From an uncultured bacterium (GTDB taxonomy: Bacteria > Babelota > Babeliae > Babelales > Vermiphilaceae), in assembly GCA_963727255.1 (NCBI GenBank), contig CAVSFC010000002.1:320001-384000 (forward strand): a DNA stretch of 64,000 nucleotides, written 5' to 3'. Below are positions 41,512 to 51,946 of this stretch, one piece after another. The notes under the pieces are model-generated. The model did no database searches, was not told the DNA's origin, and saw only the letters and a list, made by a program, of their open reading frames with translations. A program made the position numbers and the translations under genes. The first letter of the stretch is position 1, and every line of letters begins with the position of its first letter.

Positions 41512-43012
41512 TTAACTCAAATGTTTTTTGAGCAATTCTTGGATTATTTTTGGATCGCCTTTGCCTTTGGTTTTTTGCATCATTTGCCCCACAAAGAAGC
41601 CAAACAATTTTACATTGCCCGCTTTATAATCAGCAACTTGCGCCGCATTGGCGGCAAGCAATTCTTTAACCATTGCTTCAAGTTCTTCGACAGAACCCAT
41701 TTGTTCTAAGCCTTTTATCTTTAACGATCTGCTCCGGGGATTGCCCGGTTTGGCAAACTGCGCAAAAACTTCTTGAGCTGCACGATTATTAATAATGCCC
41801 TTCTCGAGCAGAGTAACCAAGCTTTGCTAATTTGTCAGGGGTCATTTTAAATTCATTAAGAGGTATTTTGTGTTCCTTAAGATAGCCCATAACATCCCGC
41901 AATATCCAATTAACAATCTGTTTGCTTGGATTAATCTTATGCGCTTGTTCGTAATAGTTGGACAAGATCAATATCATCTATCAAAATTTCTGCTTCATAA
42001 GGGGTTAAACCATTTTTGTTGTGATAACGCTATCAAAGCGATCATACGGCAGTTCCGGCATTGTGCTTTTTAGCTGCATCAATCATTTCGGTGCTCACTT
42101 CAAGAATTGGCAGATCCGGATCTTGGAAGTAGCGGTAATCTGCGGCTTCTTCTTTGGAGCGCATCATGATTGTTTTTTTATTTTTGGTATCCCAAAGCCG
42201 CGTTTCTTGGCGAACTTTTTGGCCGCTTTCAAGTAATTGAATTTGGCGTTCAATTTCATATTCAATCGCATCGCCGATAAATTTGAATGAGTTAATATTT
42301 TTTAAGTTCAGCACGGGTGCCTAGTTTTTCTGCACCTTTCTTGCGAACTGAAATATTGGTATCGGCCCGAAAAGCCCCTTCTTCCATATTGCCTGAGCAG
42401 ATGCCCAAATATTGCACAATTAAGCGCAATGCACGCAAATATGCTTTTGCTTCATAGGTGCTGGAAATATCTGGGTGGCTTACAATTTCAAGCAGTGGAG
42501 TGCCGGTACGATTGAAATCAACAAAGCTTGCATTTTCTTGGAGGCTGTCCGGCTAGCCTTGGGCGACGCTGGACGTGAATATTTTTGCCCGCATCTTCTT
42601 CCATATGAATGCGAATAAGGCGAATATTTTTTAATGGAGCCATCTTCAATCTGATGGGCACATAGATCCATTACTGCAAATAGGATCTTCATTTTGGCTG
42701 ATTTGATAATTTTTGGGCAAATCAGGATAAAAATAATGTTTACGCGCAAATGTGCGATTTGCGTGCAATGTGCGCAATTGGTTGCAAGCCCTGCTTTAAT
42801 TGCATATTCCACTACTTTTTTATTCAATACCGGCAGTGAGCCCGGTTGAGCGGTGCAAATATTGCAGATATTGGTGTTGGGAGTTTTGCTCGATTTGATT
42901 TGCGCATGGAGCAAAAAATTTTGCTTTTGGTGGTAAGTTGCACATGAACTTCAATACCAATAGTAAGTTCATAATCTGGATAATGATCCAAGACCGAAGG
43001 TGTTTTTGACAT
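41512..43012 (-). CDS. gatB: Asp/Glu-tRNA amidotransferase subunit B (many frameshifts)
   Basis: [72 protein letters not shown]. Confidence 0.95.
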
Positions 43013-43013
43013 G

Positions 43014-44530
43014 TTATTTTTTTTCGATTTTGTATTGGTTGATGCTTAAATTTTTATCACTTACTAACGTAATTTTGCATTTATACATTTTCTCAAGTGA
43101 TAAAATGGCATTGTATTCAATACTGGTCAAGTGATTCAAATATTTCAGGGTTTAAGCGAATAACGATTTCTTGCGCCGCTTTTTGATCTCTTTTAATTTC
43201 TCTTGCAACTGTCGCAAAATGAGATGGCTTCGGTTTCAATGATTTCACATAGCCAAGCCCTTTGCAGCAGTTGCATTTTTGCATCATCTGTTGCAGAAGA
43301 GTGATGCCTGAACGTTTACGGGTCATTTGCACTAGGCCAAACTCAGAAATTTTAGCACCACTGATTGGAATTTATCTCTTTCTGCGCAATGTTTTTTCAA
43401 AGAAACTGAAATAATTTTTGCTTATTGGCGCCTGAAGCCATATCAATAAAGTCGATTACAATCAGTCCGCCAATGTTGCGCAAGCGTAATTGCCGCACAA
43501 CTTCTTGTGCTGCTTCAAGATTTGTAGCAAGAATGGTTTCTTCTAGGTTTTTTTTGCCGGTAAATTTTCCGGTATTTACATCCACCACGGTCATAGCTTC
43601 AGTGGTTTCAATAATAAGTGATCCGCCTGATTTTAATGGAACTTTTTTCTCAAGCGCCGCTTCAATCTGTTTTTCAATGCCAAAATGATCAAAGATCGGC
43701 GAAGGCCCTTCATACAATTTTATGCGTTGGCTATATTCAGGCGCAATTGCTTTTACAAATTTATAGATCTTATTAAGGCCTTCTTTGTTATCGGTGATAA
43801 CTTCTTCAACATCATCATCAAGATGATCGCGCACAATTTGCAGTGGAAGCTCAATATCTTGAAAAATCTTTTCTTTTGGTTCGGCTGCTTTAAATTTATC
43901 TTGAATATGATTCCAGGTTTCAAGCAAAAAATTGATATCTTTTACGATTTCTTGATTCTTGGCGCCCATCGCTGGTGGTGCGAATAATAGCGCCCATGCC
44001 TTCAGGAAGTGCTTGTTCGCACAATAGTCTTTGAGCCGTGCCCGTTCTTCCCGTTCTTCAATTTTTTTAGAGATGCCAATGCGGGGAATATTGGGCATTA
44101 AGACAATAAAGCGGCCCGGCAGGGTAAAGCAGGTGGAGAGCTTGGCTCCTTTTTCATAGACCGGCTCTTTGCTCACCTGAACCAAAATCTGATCGCCTTC
44201 CTTGAAGATCTTGCTGATATCAATCTGTTCACGGCTGATGCGGGGAGCGGGAGCTTCTTCATCATCAAGTTGGGAATGTCTTGCTGATTTTTTCAATAGC
44301 CAGATCGCGATCAATTTCAGAAATATGCAGAAATCCGGCTTTTTCTTGGCCAATATCCACAAATGCGGTTTGGATTCCCGGCAATACCTTTGGTCACAAC
44401 CCCTTTAAAAAAGGCTCGTTCAAGAGGGTTTTCCGTATGGCCGGTAAAATAGACGTTTTGCAACAATCCATCCGTGGTTATGGCAATTCGTGGTTTGCCA
44501 AGGATTTTCATTTATTAAAATTTTTTTCAT
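43014..44530 (-). CDS. rng: Ribonuclease E/G family protein (frameshifted)
   Basis: ILVQVSKEP, KGAKLS, LPGRFIVLMP, GGSLIIETTEAMTVVDVNTG, RLRNIGGLIVIDFIDM, QMTRKR, CxxCKG Zn-link. Confidence 0.93.
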
Positions 44531-44676
44531 GCTGTTTTTGCCATTTTTGAAATTCTTTTTTCTCATTAACTATAGCCTATTTTGCAGATAATGAGTAGAA
44601 AATTGGCTAAAATTGTGATAAAGTCCCTATGCTGTTATATAAATTAACAATTTTTACTTTCAACTAGGGAGTATTC

Positions 44677-45311
44677 ATGAATAAACAATTTCTCGTGGCT
44701 TTATCCGTATTGGCTTTGATGCCAGGTTGTTTTTCCCGTCAAAAAAATGCGGAAAAAAGGGTAAACAAAAATGATGTTATAACCGATGTGGATATCCCGG
44801 TTGCAGAGGATAGCGTAAAAAACTTCTTTGATGAAGATATGGGTGATTTGGCCCTAGCAGAAACGTTGCCGCATTGAAAATGATGATACCCAATATGCCT
44901 GGATTGATCAAGCAGGCAAAAATCAATGGATTCAAGAAGGTATATTTTGATTTTAATAAATCCAATATCAAAACAAGTGAAAAAGAAGCGGTTGCGCACG
45001 ATGTCGCCCGCATGCAAGAATTAATGGCGCAAGAGCAAAGGGATGGAAAAGTAGTGCAATTTGTGATCAATGGCAATGCTGATCATGCTGCAGGCTCAGA
45101 TTTCTATAACCGCTGTCTCTCCGAAAGACGAGCAAAAACACTTAAGGATTGTGCCGTTGCGGCCGGTATTCCAGCCAACAAAATCAAGATTGTGGGCCGA
45201 GGATCGGATATACCTGAGATGGTAAATGGAAAACCATGCACCGGAGATAAGGATCAACAATGGCCAAACCGCCGCGATGAGATCCAAGTGATTCCTGCGG
45301 TTGCCGCATAA
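44677..45311 (+). CDS. OmpA/Pal-like peptidoglycan-associated lipoprotein (frameshift near 44875)
   Basis: Lipobox-like LMPGC; VYFDFNKSNI, GNAD..GSDFYN..LSERRA, NRRDEI. Confidence 0.85.
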
Positions 45312-45332
45312 TGTTTGTTCCATAAAAAAACT

Positions 45333-45360
45333 AAAGGGCCCGATTAATCGGGCCTTTTTT
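45333..45360 (+). terminator. Intrinsic terminator
   Basis: GGCCCGAT-TA-ATCGGGCC followed by T6. Confidence 0.85.
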
Positions 45361-45587
45361 ATTCTCCGACGCCAGAAAACCGCAAGGCTTTTTAAGCCTG
45401 AGGATTAATGGCGGGAGAATATCCGCCGAAGTTTGCCTCTACTTCGCCCTTCGGGCTTCGAAGAGCAAGCGAGCCGGCCTGTCCTTCGTAGCTTTAGCGT
45501 AGTAGGAAAGGCCCGGATAAACGTAGGCTGGATAAGGCTTTGGCGAATTCCGCGCGATACATCGGCTTTTAAGCCGATGAGCGCTTC
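45361..45587. mobile_element. Non-autonomous palindromic element with IS200/IS605-like end hairpins containing nested family B repeats
   Basis: Left CCGCAAGGCTTTTTAAGCCTGAGGATTAATGGCG; right CATCGGCTTTTAAGCCGATGAGCGCTTCA; internal ATCCGCCGAAG...CGTAGGCTGGAT and GTCCTTCGTAGCTTTAGCGTAGTAGGA. Confidence 0.6.
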
Positions 45588-45604
45588 ATTAGAGGTGAAC
45601 TTTT

Positions 45605-45970
45605 ATGAAATTATTAGCCGCAATTGTTTTTGCAACAAGTGTAACGTCTTCTTATGCTATGCAACTTCAACAAAATGGGCGTGCCAAAGTTGTCGCTGCA
45701 TCTTTAAAAGCCTTTCGTAAAACAGATCAAAATACTATTATTGCCTGGCAGGGAAAGCTTGATAATAATAGGGAAATACTAGTAGAGAAATTCTATCGCA
45801 AAAGAAAAACACGAAAAGTTCCCATGCCACGCGTATTGGAACCTCGCTATAAGGGTTACACGTGCCCATCTCTAAAGGCCCGAATAGGAAGAAAAAAATT
45901 ATCAAGAAAAGAGGCTAAGAAATATGCGAAGGAGTTAGAAACAAAGGCTTGTCTATCAATGTGGTTGTGA
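45605..45970 (+). CDS. Small basic secreted protein (paralog of 46028-46435)
   Basis: SYA-MQ; WQGKL..N, YRKRKTR, GRKKLS..EAKKYA. Confidence 0.75.
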   Translation: MKLLAAIVFATSVTSSYAMQLQQNGRAKVVAASLKAFRKTDQNTIIAWQGKLDNNREILVEKFYRKRKTRKVPMPRVLEPRYKGYTCPSLKARIGRKKLSRKEAKKYAKELETKACLSMWL

Positions 45971-46027
45971 TTATGAAAACATTTTTGGATTCAATTAAAA
46001 AATAAACCCAAAATAAAGGATTGTATA

Positions 46028-46435
46028 ATGTTGCATATCAATAAATTGTGCATTATTGCTGTACTTTTTGCAGGAAGCTATTTATCAATTTGTGCAATGG
46101 AGTCTTCAGAAAATGATGTTGCGAGCATTCAAGATTCGGAAGTTGCTTCGGCTGAAGAAGTTGGCCGAAAAGATGATGATCTGATCTGGCATGGAATTCT
46201 TAAGAATGGTACCTTAGCAGTTGTTAAACGCATCTATAGGAAGCGCACAACTCGCCATACCCCCCCATGCGTTGCCCTGCGCCCCTCTCATATTGGATGG
46301 ATCGTAAATGATTATAAATTTCGAAAAGGAAGAAAAAAATTGTCTGTGCAAGATGCAGAAAAATATGCCACACAAATGGAAAGCCGCGCGCTAGAGAATT
46401 TTATTAACTCAAAACAATTTTTATTGGATCGGTAG
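46028..46435 (+). CDS. Small basic secreted protein (paralog of 45605-45970)
   Basis: ICA-ME; WHGILKN, YRKRTTR, GRKKLS..DAEKYA. Confidence 0.75.
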   Translation: MLHINKLCIIAVLFAGSYLSICAMESSENDVASIQDSEVASAEEVGRKDDDLIWHGILKNGTLAVVKRIYRKRTTRHTPPCVALRPSHIGWIVNDYKFRKGRKKLSVQDAEKYATQMESRALENFINSKQFLLDR

Positions 46436-46487
46436 GTAGAGTAAAGCAAAAAAATGCTTAAAATTGTTGATTTTAAAGGAACAGATA

Positions 46488-46916
46488 ATGAATAGTAAAA
46501 ATCTAGTAATTCTTATTTTTCTTTCACAAACCTCTTTTTCAATGGTAAGCATGGAGCCTGCGCAAGCGTCCAATCAGAAAAAATGCAATGAAGATAAAAA
46601 TCGCCTCATTGCAGCACTGAGCATGGTTGAACAGGATCATGGAACAAAATGTGTAATGATTGAAACCAAGGAAGAAAGAGCGATCTTGTTCGAAAAATTT
46701 ATCGGCTCTTGGTATAAACGAGTTTCCAAAGAAGAACCTTTTGATCGATTTGACCACTATTTAGAAGAAGCGGGTATAAGTGGTACATGGATAGAAGAAT
46801 GGGGATCAAAAAGGGAAGTTAAGTGGATCACCATCTCAGATTTTACGGATGTCATAAAAAATCTTGTAAGAGCACCGATAACCAGCTCTGCGCCTCGTTC
46901 TAAGAATAATTCTTAA
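46488..46916 (+). CDS. Secreted hypothetical protein
   Basis: Likely start MNSKNLVILIFLSQTSFSMVS-ME after AAGGA. Confidence 0.6.
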   Translation: MNSKNLVILIFLSQTSFSMVSMEPAQASNQKKCNEDKNRLIAALSMVEQDHGTKCVMIETKEERAILFEKFIGSWYKRVSKEEPFDRFDHYLEEAGISGTWIEEWGSKREVKWITISDFTDVIKNLVRAPITSSAPRSKNNS

Positions 46917-48099
46917 TTAATTCCTCTATAATTGGTCTTATTTCAAGATCGAGCCGATTTTTATGAAATGTTTCTAAATTATGCTTTATTTTTTCGTAAT
47001 TTGCCGGATCTTCTAAGATAGTAAGAATTGCTTGGTTAAGCTCACCAACTTTTTTAAGGCTAATGCCCCAATCATGCGCAGTCAAAAGGGTATGATTGAG
47101 CCGTTCCCAATAAAGCAAAGTTGCCGTCGCATCAAGAATCATGGGGACATTCATGGTGATTCCTTCGGCAAAGCTTACCGATCCCGATTTAGTGATAAGC
47201 AGATCAGCCATTGCAAGCAGATCAGAAATCCGTTCAGTGAATCCAAGTATGGTAACTGAGATGTGCGGCTCAAAATTAATTTTTTTAATTGTTTCTTTAA
47301 TTTCACTATTCCTGCCGATGCAGATGATAACGTGTGCCGGGATCGGCAAATCTGCCACCTGCTTGGCGAATGTTAGAATAGCATTATTCCCTTGGCCGCC
47401 CATCATGAGCACAATAACCGGCTTGCCCTGGCAAACTGCAAACTGTTTTTTAAGCAGATCTTTATCTTTGGGCTCAAAGAAATCTTTGCGCATGGGCAGG
47501 CCCATAACTGAAATTTGTGCTGCAGGTATATTTGCGGGAGCGATCGTGGCTTTTACCAAAGGATCATTTGAGGCGATATTGGCAAAGAATTTAGGGAATT
47601 TTGGATGATTAATCCCGGTTACAAAGCTGGTAACATCAAAATCAGTGGGGATAAGCAAAAATGGGATATTATTATGTTCTGCTGTTTCTAGAATTACATC
47701 ATTAACCACCGGAATTACTGAGATAATAAGATCGGGCTTCTGCTCAGTTAAATAAGCATTAGCAATTTTGATCATAAAATCTTTGCGGGTGCCAAAATAC
47801 CAGTTGCCCAAATTATAGATGCCATTAAGAATTGAATACCAGCGGCGGCGCAGGAAGAAATTATAGACATCTTCACCGTTCATTCTGCCAAAAGTTAAGA
47901 ATGCTACCGGATCGATACCCTTGAACACTTCTTCAAAAATATATACTGGGACAATCTCATATTCATCCGATAAATAGGATTGCAGGGCCTTGGTGGCACT
48001 GATATGCCCATTGCCCCCGGAGCTGGTGAAAATAATGATTTTTTTCTTCATATATTGGTAATAAGAGCGTATTTTTACTATTTTTTCTCTAGAATTCAA
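46900..48099 (-). CDS. MGDG synthase/UgtP-like GT28 glycosyltransferase
   Basis: SSGGNGHISA, PDLIISVIP, PTDF, GLPMRKDF, MGGQG, ADLLITKSG. Confidence 0.88.
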   Translation of the reverse strand: MNSREKIVKIRSYYQYMKKKIIIFTSSGGNGHISATKALQSYLSDEYEIVPVYIFEEVFKGIDPVAFLTFGRMNGEDVYNFFLRRRWYSILNGIYNLGNWYFGTRKDFMIKIANAYLTEQKPDLIISVIPVVNDVILETAEHNNIPFLLIPTDFDVTSFVTGINHPKFPKFFANIASNDPLVKATIAPANIPAAQISVMGLPMRKDFFEPKDKDLLKKQFAVCQGKPVIVLMMGGQGNNAILTFAKQVADLPIPAHVIICIGRNSEIKETIKKINFEPHISVTILGFTERISDLLAMADLLITKSGSVSFAEGITMNVPMILDATATLLYWERLNHTLLTAHDWGISLKKVGELNQAILTILEDPANYEKIKHNLETFHKNRLDLEIRPIIEELIKNYS

Positions 48100-48126
48100 T
48101 AGAACTATAGCCCTAGTATAGCAGAA

Positions 48127-48321
48127 TTAGGGAGTTTTATCTCGGGCACTCAACCGGCTCCACATAGAAAAGAGCTCTTCATAATCTTTTTGTTCTCTTT
48201 GCATTCTTTGCTCAGGACTTTCTGTGGGATCTGATGTGAAGCCATCAGAATTGTCAAGGAACATCGCATTGAGCGGTATTACTAGGGCAAAAAACGCAAC
48301 AAAAACATATTTAAACTGCAT
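48127..48321 (-). CDS. Very small secreted protein
   Basis: MQFKYVFVAFFALVIPLNA-MF; same signal pattern as neighbours. Confidence 0.55.
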   Translation of the reverse strand: MQFKYVFVAFFALVIPLNAMFLDNSDGFTSDPTESPEQRMQREQKDYEELFSMWSRLSARDKTP

Positions 48322-48362
48322 ATTCTAAGTCCGATTCTAGCATCGATTATGATATTTTATTT

Positions 48363-49124
48363 TTAGGTTCTGCTGCTTTGCTTGGCAAATTCGGCAAATT
48401 CAACGCATAGCGGATCATTGATTGCATAAGCGTCTTCAAAGAGAGTTTTCCCACTCTTATATTTTAAAGCCAAATCTGTTTTTGGGGCAATGAGCGCGAT
48501 AATTTTTTTACGTTGTGCAACGAATGCTTCCAATTTTGCAGGTATATCACAGTGATCCCTGAAGCGCAGGCAGATCATTTCATAGAGTGGGGTATGCTCA
48601 CTTCTATTCCTCAAATTAGGATTGGCACCATGATCTAAGAGAGCTTTGACAATAGCTTCTTGCTTGATTGCTTCTTCTTTAACGGTAACAGAAGAGAGGC
48701 ATGCTGCATGCAGGGGTGTCACGTTGGAAGTATATCTAAATTGCGGATTGATATTAATATTGTTCTGCTTCAGCAGCTCTTCAACATTTTTTTGGCTGAG
48801 ATAACTTGCGGCAATAAGTAAGGGAGTATCGCCAAGTACTTGGTGATTCGGATTTGCGTTTAATTCTAGAAGTTGCTGAGTAAAATGAAATCGATGATCA
48901 AATCTGCAGGCCCATAATAATGGAGAATAGTGGGTATCTTTTATTAGTGCATCAATATTCTTTTTATTAGCAATTCTTGCTTCAACTTCGGTTGAATATT
49001 CTTCATTTAATAGGTCATCGTAAAATTCAACACTATTATCTAAAAGTTGGCTTTCCATAGGATGTGATTGTATTGGCCAAAGTAGGCTCGCAACAATAAA
49101 TAGTTTTTTCATTCTTAAATCCAT
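48363..49124 (-). CDS. Secreted ankyrin-repeat protein
   Basis: YSPLLWAC, DTPLLIAA, VTPLHAAC, LLDHGANPN, HTPLY. Confidence 0.9.
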   Translation of the reverse strand: MDLRMKKLFIVASLLWPIQSHPMESQLLDNSVEFYDDLLNEEYSTEVEARIANKKNIDALIKDTHYSPLLWACRFDHRFHFTQQLLELNANPNHQVLGDTPLLIAASYLSQKNVEELLKQNNININPQFRYTSNVTPLHAACLSSVTVKEEAIKQEAIVKALLDHGANPNLRNRSEHTPLYEMICLRFRDHCDIPAKLEAFVAQRKKIIALIAPKTDLALKYKSGKTLFEDAYAINDPLCVEFAEFAKQSSRT

Positions 49125-49129
49125 AATTT

Positions 49130-50413
49130 TTAGCAGCGATCCGCAATATATTGCAATATATCTTTTGGCATATTCTTAATAGTATTGGGCTCTTTACTTT
49201 TATACAACAATTGTAGCATGCGCAAAACATATTTTTCTTCAGCATACTTTGCCAAATCCATAATATCAGGATCTCTTTTTTCATCTTGGGCATACTTCAC
49301 TGGAGATCGCGGATCATCTTTTATGGTTAATAGATGTGCTCCATGAAAAATAAGTTTATGAATAAGATTTTTCCTCACTTGTTTTTCTTGAGGAGTTAAT
49401 GTATAAAACCAGGGTTGGAATATGGGCTGATAAAGTGGAGTTAGCTCCAAAAAATCAGTTGCTGTAATAGGGTATTTGCTATACATATTTACTATTGCAC
49501 CTTTGTGCAATAGTAATTCAACAAAACGAATAAGATCTTGTGGAGTAACCATCAGATTGGCAGTAGAAAGTCTATATAAAGCCGTTCTATCTCCATAGGC
49601 TTCATTAGGATCAAGCCCATGTTTAAGAAGTTCTTCAGCACATTGAATTTCGAGGCTCTTAAACGGTGAACTAGCTAAAAAAGCAAGATGTTGGCTTGTT
49701 GGCTTTGCGCCGGCTTCCAAAAGTTTTTTAACCAGATCAAGATCTTTTCCGGAAAAATAATGTAAAACTGCGTTACTTATCTCTGGAGATAGCGGTTTAA
49801 TGATGCAAAATGGCGAGGCAAAAAGGGAATCAAGCGGTGTATCCAAAAAATTGTTTTTTTGAGTAGCCTTCAGTTTTCTTTGCAAAAGCAATTGCACAAT
49901 GGCTTCTCGATTGTTGCACATAGTTTGGTTGTATTGGTCATCTTCTGAGAATGCAACTCCTGCGGCACATGCAGCATGAAGAAGAGAGTTGCCATTGCTA
50001 TCGATAGAATCGATCTCGATTCCTGGTTGCTTTAATAGTTCTTGGGTCGCCAGTAAATTCGATTCATTGACAGCTCTGAAAAGTGGTGTTCTTCCTTGCG
50101 CATCTTTAATATTGATATCAGCGCCTTTGCTAATGAGTGAACGCATCAATCCGATTTTATTCTCTTCCGCGGCAAAATGTAACGGAATAGTGGTATATGG
50201 CCTGCCGGTAAAACAGCACATAATAGTAATTGAGGCGTCAGGATTTTTACTATCAATTCCATAGAGAGCTTTTTCTATCTCATCTGAGAGCAATTGTGTA
50301 ATTTCAACGTCAGATTCATAGTTTGATCCGATTTCCATGCTTGTAATCGATGATACTGTGAAAAAAGTCAGACTTGAGAGAAATATTTTTTTCATAGATG
50401 CTCCTTGAGGCAA
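49130..50413 (-). CDS. Secreted ankyrin-repeat protein with C-terminal F-box-like motif
   Basis: PLHFAA, KGADINIKDAQGRTPL, GNSLLHAAC; C-terminal IKNMPKDILQYI. Confidence 0.9.
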   Translation of the reverse strand: MPQGASMKKIFLSSLTFFTVSSITSMEIGSNYESDVEITQLLSDEIEKALYGIDSKNPDASITIMCCFTGRPYTTIPLHFAAEENKIGLMRSLISKGADINIKDAQGRTPLFRAVNESNLLATQELLKQPGIEIDSIDSNGNSLLHAACAAGVAFSEDDQYNQTMCNNREAIVQLLLQRKLKATQKNNFLDTPLDSLFASPFCIIKPLSPEISNAVLHYFSGKDLDLVKKLLEAGAKPTSQHLAFLASSPFKSLEIQCAEELLKHGLDPNEAYGDRTALYRLSTANLMVTPQDLIRFVELLLHKGAIVNMYSKYPITATDFLELTPLYQPIFQPWFYTLTPQEKQVRKNLIHKLIFHGAHLLTIKDDPRSPVKYAQDEKRDPDIMDLAKYAEEKYVLRMLQLLYKSKEPNTIKNMPKDILQYIADRC

Positions 50414-50415
50414 AA

Positions 50416-51210
50416 TTATTGTTGTAATTTTATTGAATCAGCAGTTTTAATCGCAAAATCGGCAAGCTGTGTAAAGTAGGGGATTTTTTTAGAATAAGCC
50501 CATTCTATGGCGGATTTGCCTGTTGGCGCCAGGCCTTCGACTAACTTTACATGAGCGCCGGCTTTAATAATCGTGGCAATAAGATTTGTAACGTGAGGAA
50601 TGAGGTTTTCGATTCTAATTTCTTTATCAATAATTTCTGTTCTTTGTGCGACTGCTAGCTTATCAGTAATGATTGTTGGGTAACGATTCAGAAGATAATA
50701 GAGTGGAGTATATCCCCAGCGATTTTTTATATTAACGGCTGCGCCATTTTGCAGCAATTTTTCTAAAATAGTTTCACGCTTTTTGCACAGGTCTTTATTG
50801 CACTGATCGATCACTTGTTGCTTTATATGCTGGGCTTGATCAGCTCCATTTTTAGAGTTTTCATACAATAAAAGTCTATTTTTTGGCATGCATAGCAAAT
50901 GAAGCGCGGAGCCCCCATCAAGAGAAGAATTTGCATGATTTACATCAATTCCTTCCTGGCTGAGAAGAAATTCTACTGTTTTTAGTTGTAATGCTTGCGT
51001 TGCTACCATTAAAGGAGTGTTGCTAAATTTATCTTTAGCATTAACATCGGCCCCATTATTTATGAGCTCACAGGTATCCAAAAAATGGTCATCAGATTGA
51101 GCGGAAAAATGCAAGCTTCGAATTAAATCTTTTTCTTGCTGCATTCCTGCAAGAGAGGCTGCTGAAAGAATGCAGCTCATGAAAAAGAATTTTTTCATCC
51201 TATTTCCCAA
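50416..51210 (-). CDS. Secreted ankyrin-repeat protein
   Basis: NGADVNAKDKFSNTPLMVA, GGSALHLLC, NGAAVNIKNRWGYTPL. Confidence 0.9.
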   Translation of the reverse strand: MGNRMKKFFFMSCILSAASLAGMQQEKDLIRSLHFSAQSDDHFLDTCELINNGADVNAKDKFSNTPLMVATQALQLKTVEFLLSQEGIDVNHANSSLDGGSALHLLCMPKNRLLLYENSKNGADQAQHIKQQVIDQCNKDLCKKRETILEKLLQNGAAVNIKNRWGYTPLYYLLNRYPTIITDKLAVAQRTEIIDKEIRIENLIPHVTNLIATIIKAGAHVKLVEGLAPTGKSAIEWAYSKKIPYFTQLADFAIKTADSIKLQQ

Positions 51211-51273
51211 TGCAAAAATGTTCTACTGTTTTAATAATAATGGCTTTTTTCCTGCCTGGAAGCAATAATCGGT

Positions 51274-51945
51274 TTAATCATTAAGATCAAGTTTGGCAAG
51301 TCCGATGGTAGCAGGGCTTTTTGCTTTATTTACTGGAAATGCAAAAGAAGTTATTATTTTAACTATATCTGCCGGTAATTTGGAAAAATATGGGGAATCC
51401 TGGCGATATACATTTGTTTGATAGTGGATAGTGCATAAAAAAATAGAGCGCTGCTCTATTTCCGCAAAATGTGCCAGTTCAAAGAAATATGGCTGATCGA
51501 TTTCATAGGCCCTTTTTATCACAGATTTTCGAACTTGTACCCCTATTTCCGCTCTTATATCTGCACCAGCTCTTATAAGTTTACTTATGAGTCTTTTAAC
51601 ATGCGGCATGTAAGGGCGCCAATCTTCTTCTTCCTCTAAATTGTTGCTTGAAAGCGCTTCAATTTCAGTTGTCGGATAATTCAATAGAAGCCCAGCAAGT
51701 GGCGTCCTTACTATAGGGCGACTGCAGTTTGGATTAATTTTTTTTGCTAATAATTCTTTGACTTTTTCTTCTCGTTTCTTCTGGCCCGGTTCAATCAACT
51801 CAGCTTCATCTTTTGGATAACATATGCTGATTAGTTCTTGCTCAAGCTTGGCTTTCTCCTGCGCTAAAGTGACAAGTTGTTTCTTTTCCATGCCTTGAAG
51901 AGATATTGCAAAAAGAGTGCAACTAATGAGAAAGAGTTTTTTCAT
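51274..51945 (-). CDS. Secreted degenerate ankyrin protein with C-terminal F-box-like motif
   Basis: LQG-ME; RTPLAGLL, LIRAGADI; FSKLPADIVKIITSF. Confidence 0.75.
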   Translation of the reverse strand: MKKLFLISCTLFAISLQGMEKKQLVTLAQEKAKLEQELISICYPKDEAELIEPGQKKREEKVKELLAKKINPNCSRPIVRTPLAGLLLNYPTTEIEALSSNNLEEEEDWRPYMPHVKRLISKLIRAGADIRAEIGVQVRKSVIKRAYEIDQPYFFELAHFAEIEQRSIFLCTIHYQTNVYRQDSPYFSKLPADIVKIITSFAFPVNKAKSPATIGLAKLDLND

Positions 51946-51946
51946 C

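Noticed and set aside
45433..45720. 95-aa ORF starting inside the palindromic element
   Set aside because: Repeat-derived sequence overlapping the better-supported 45605 gene in another frame.
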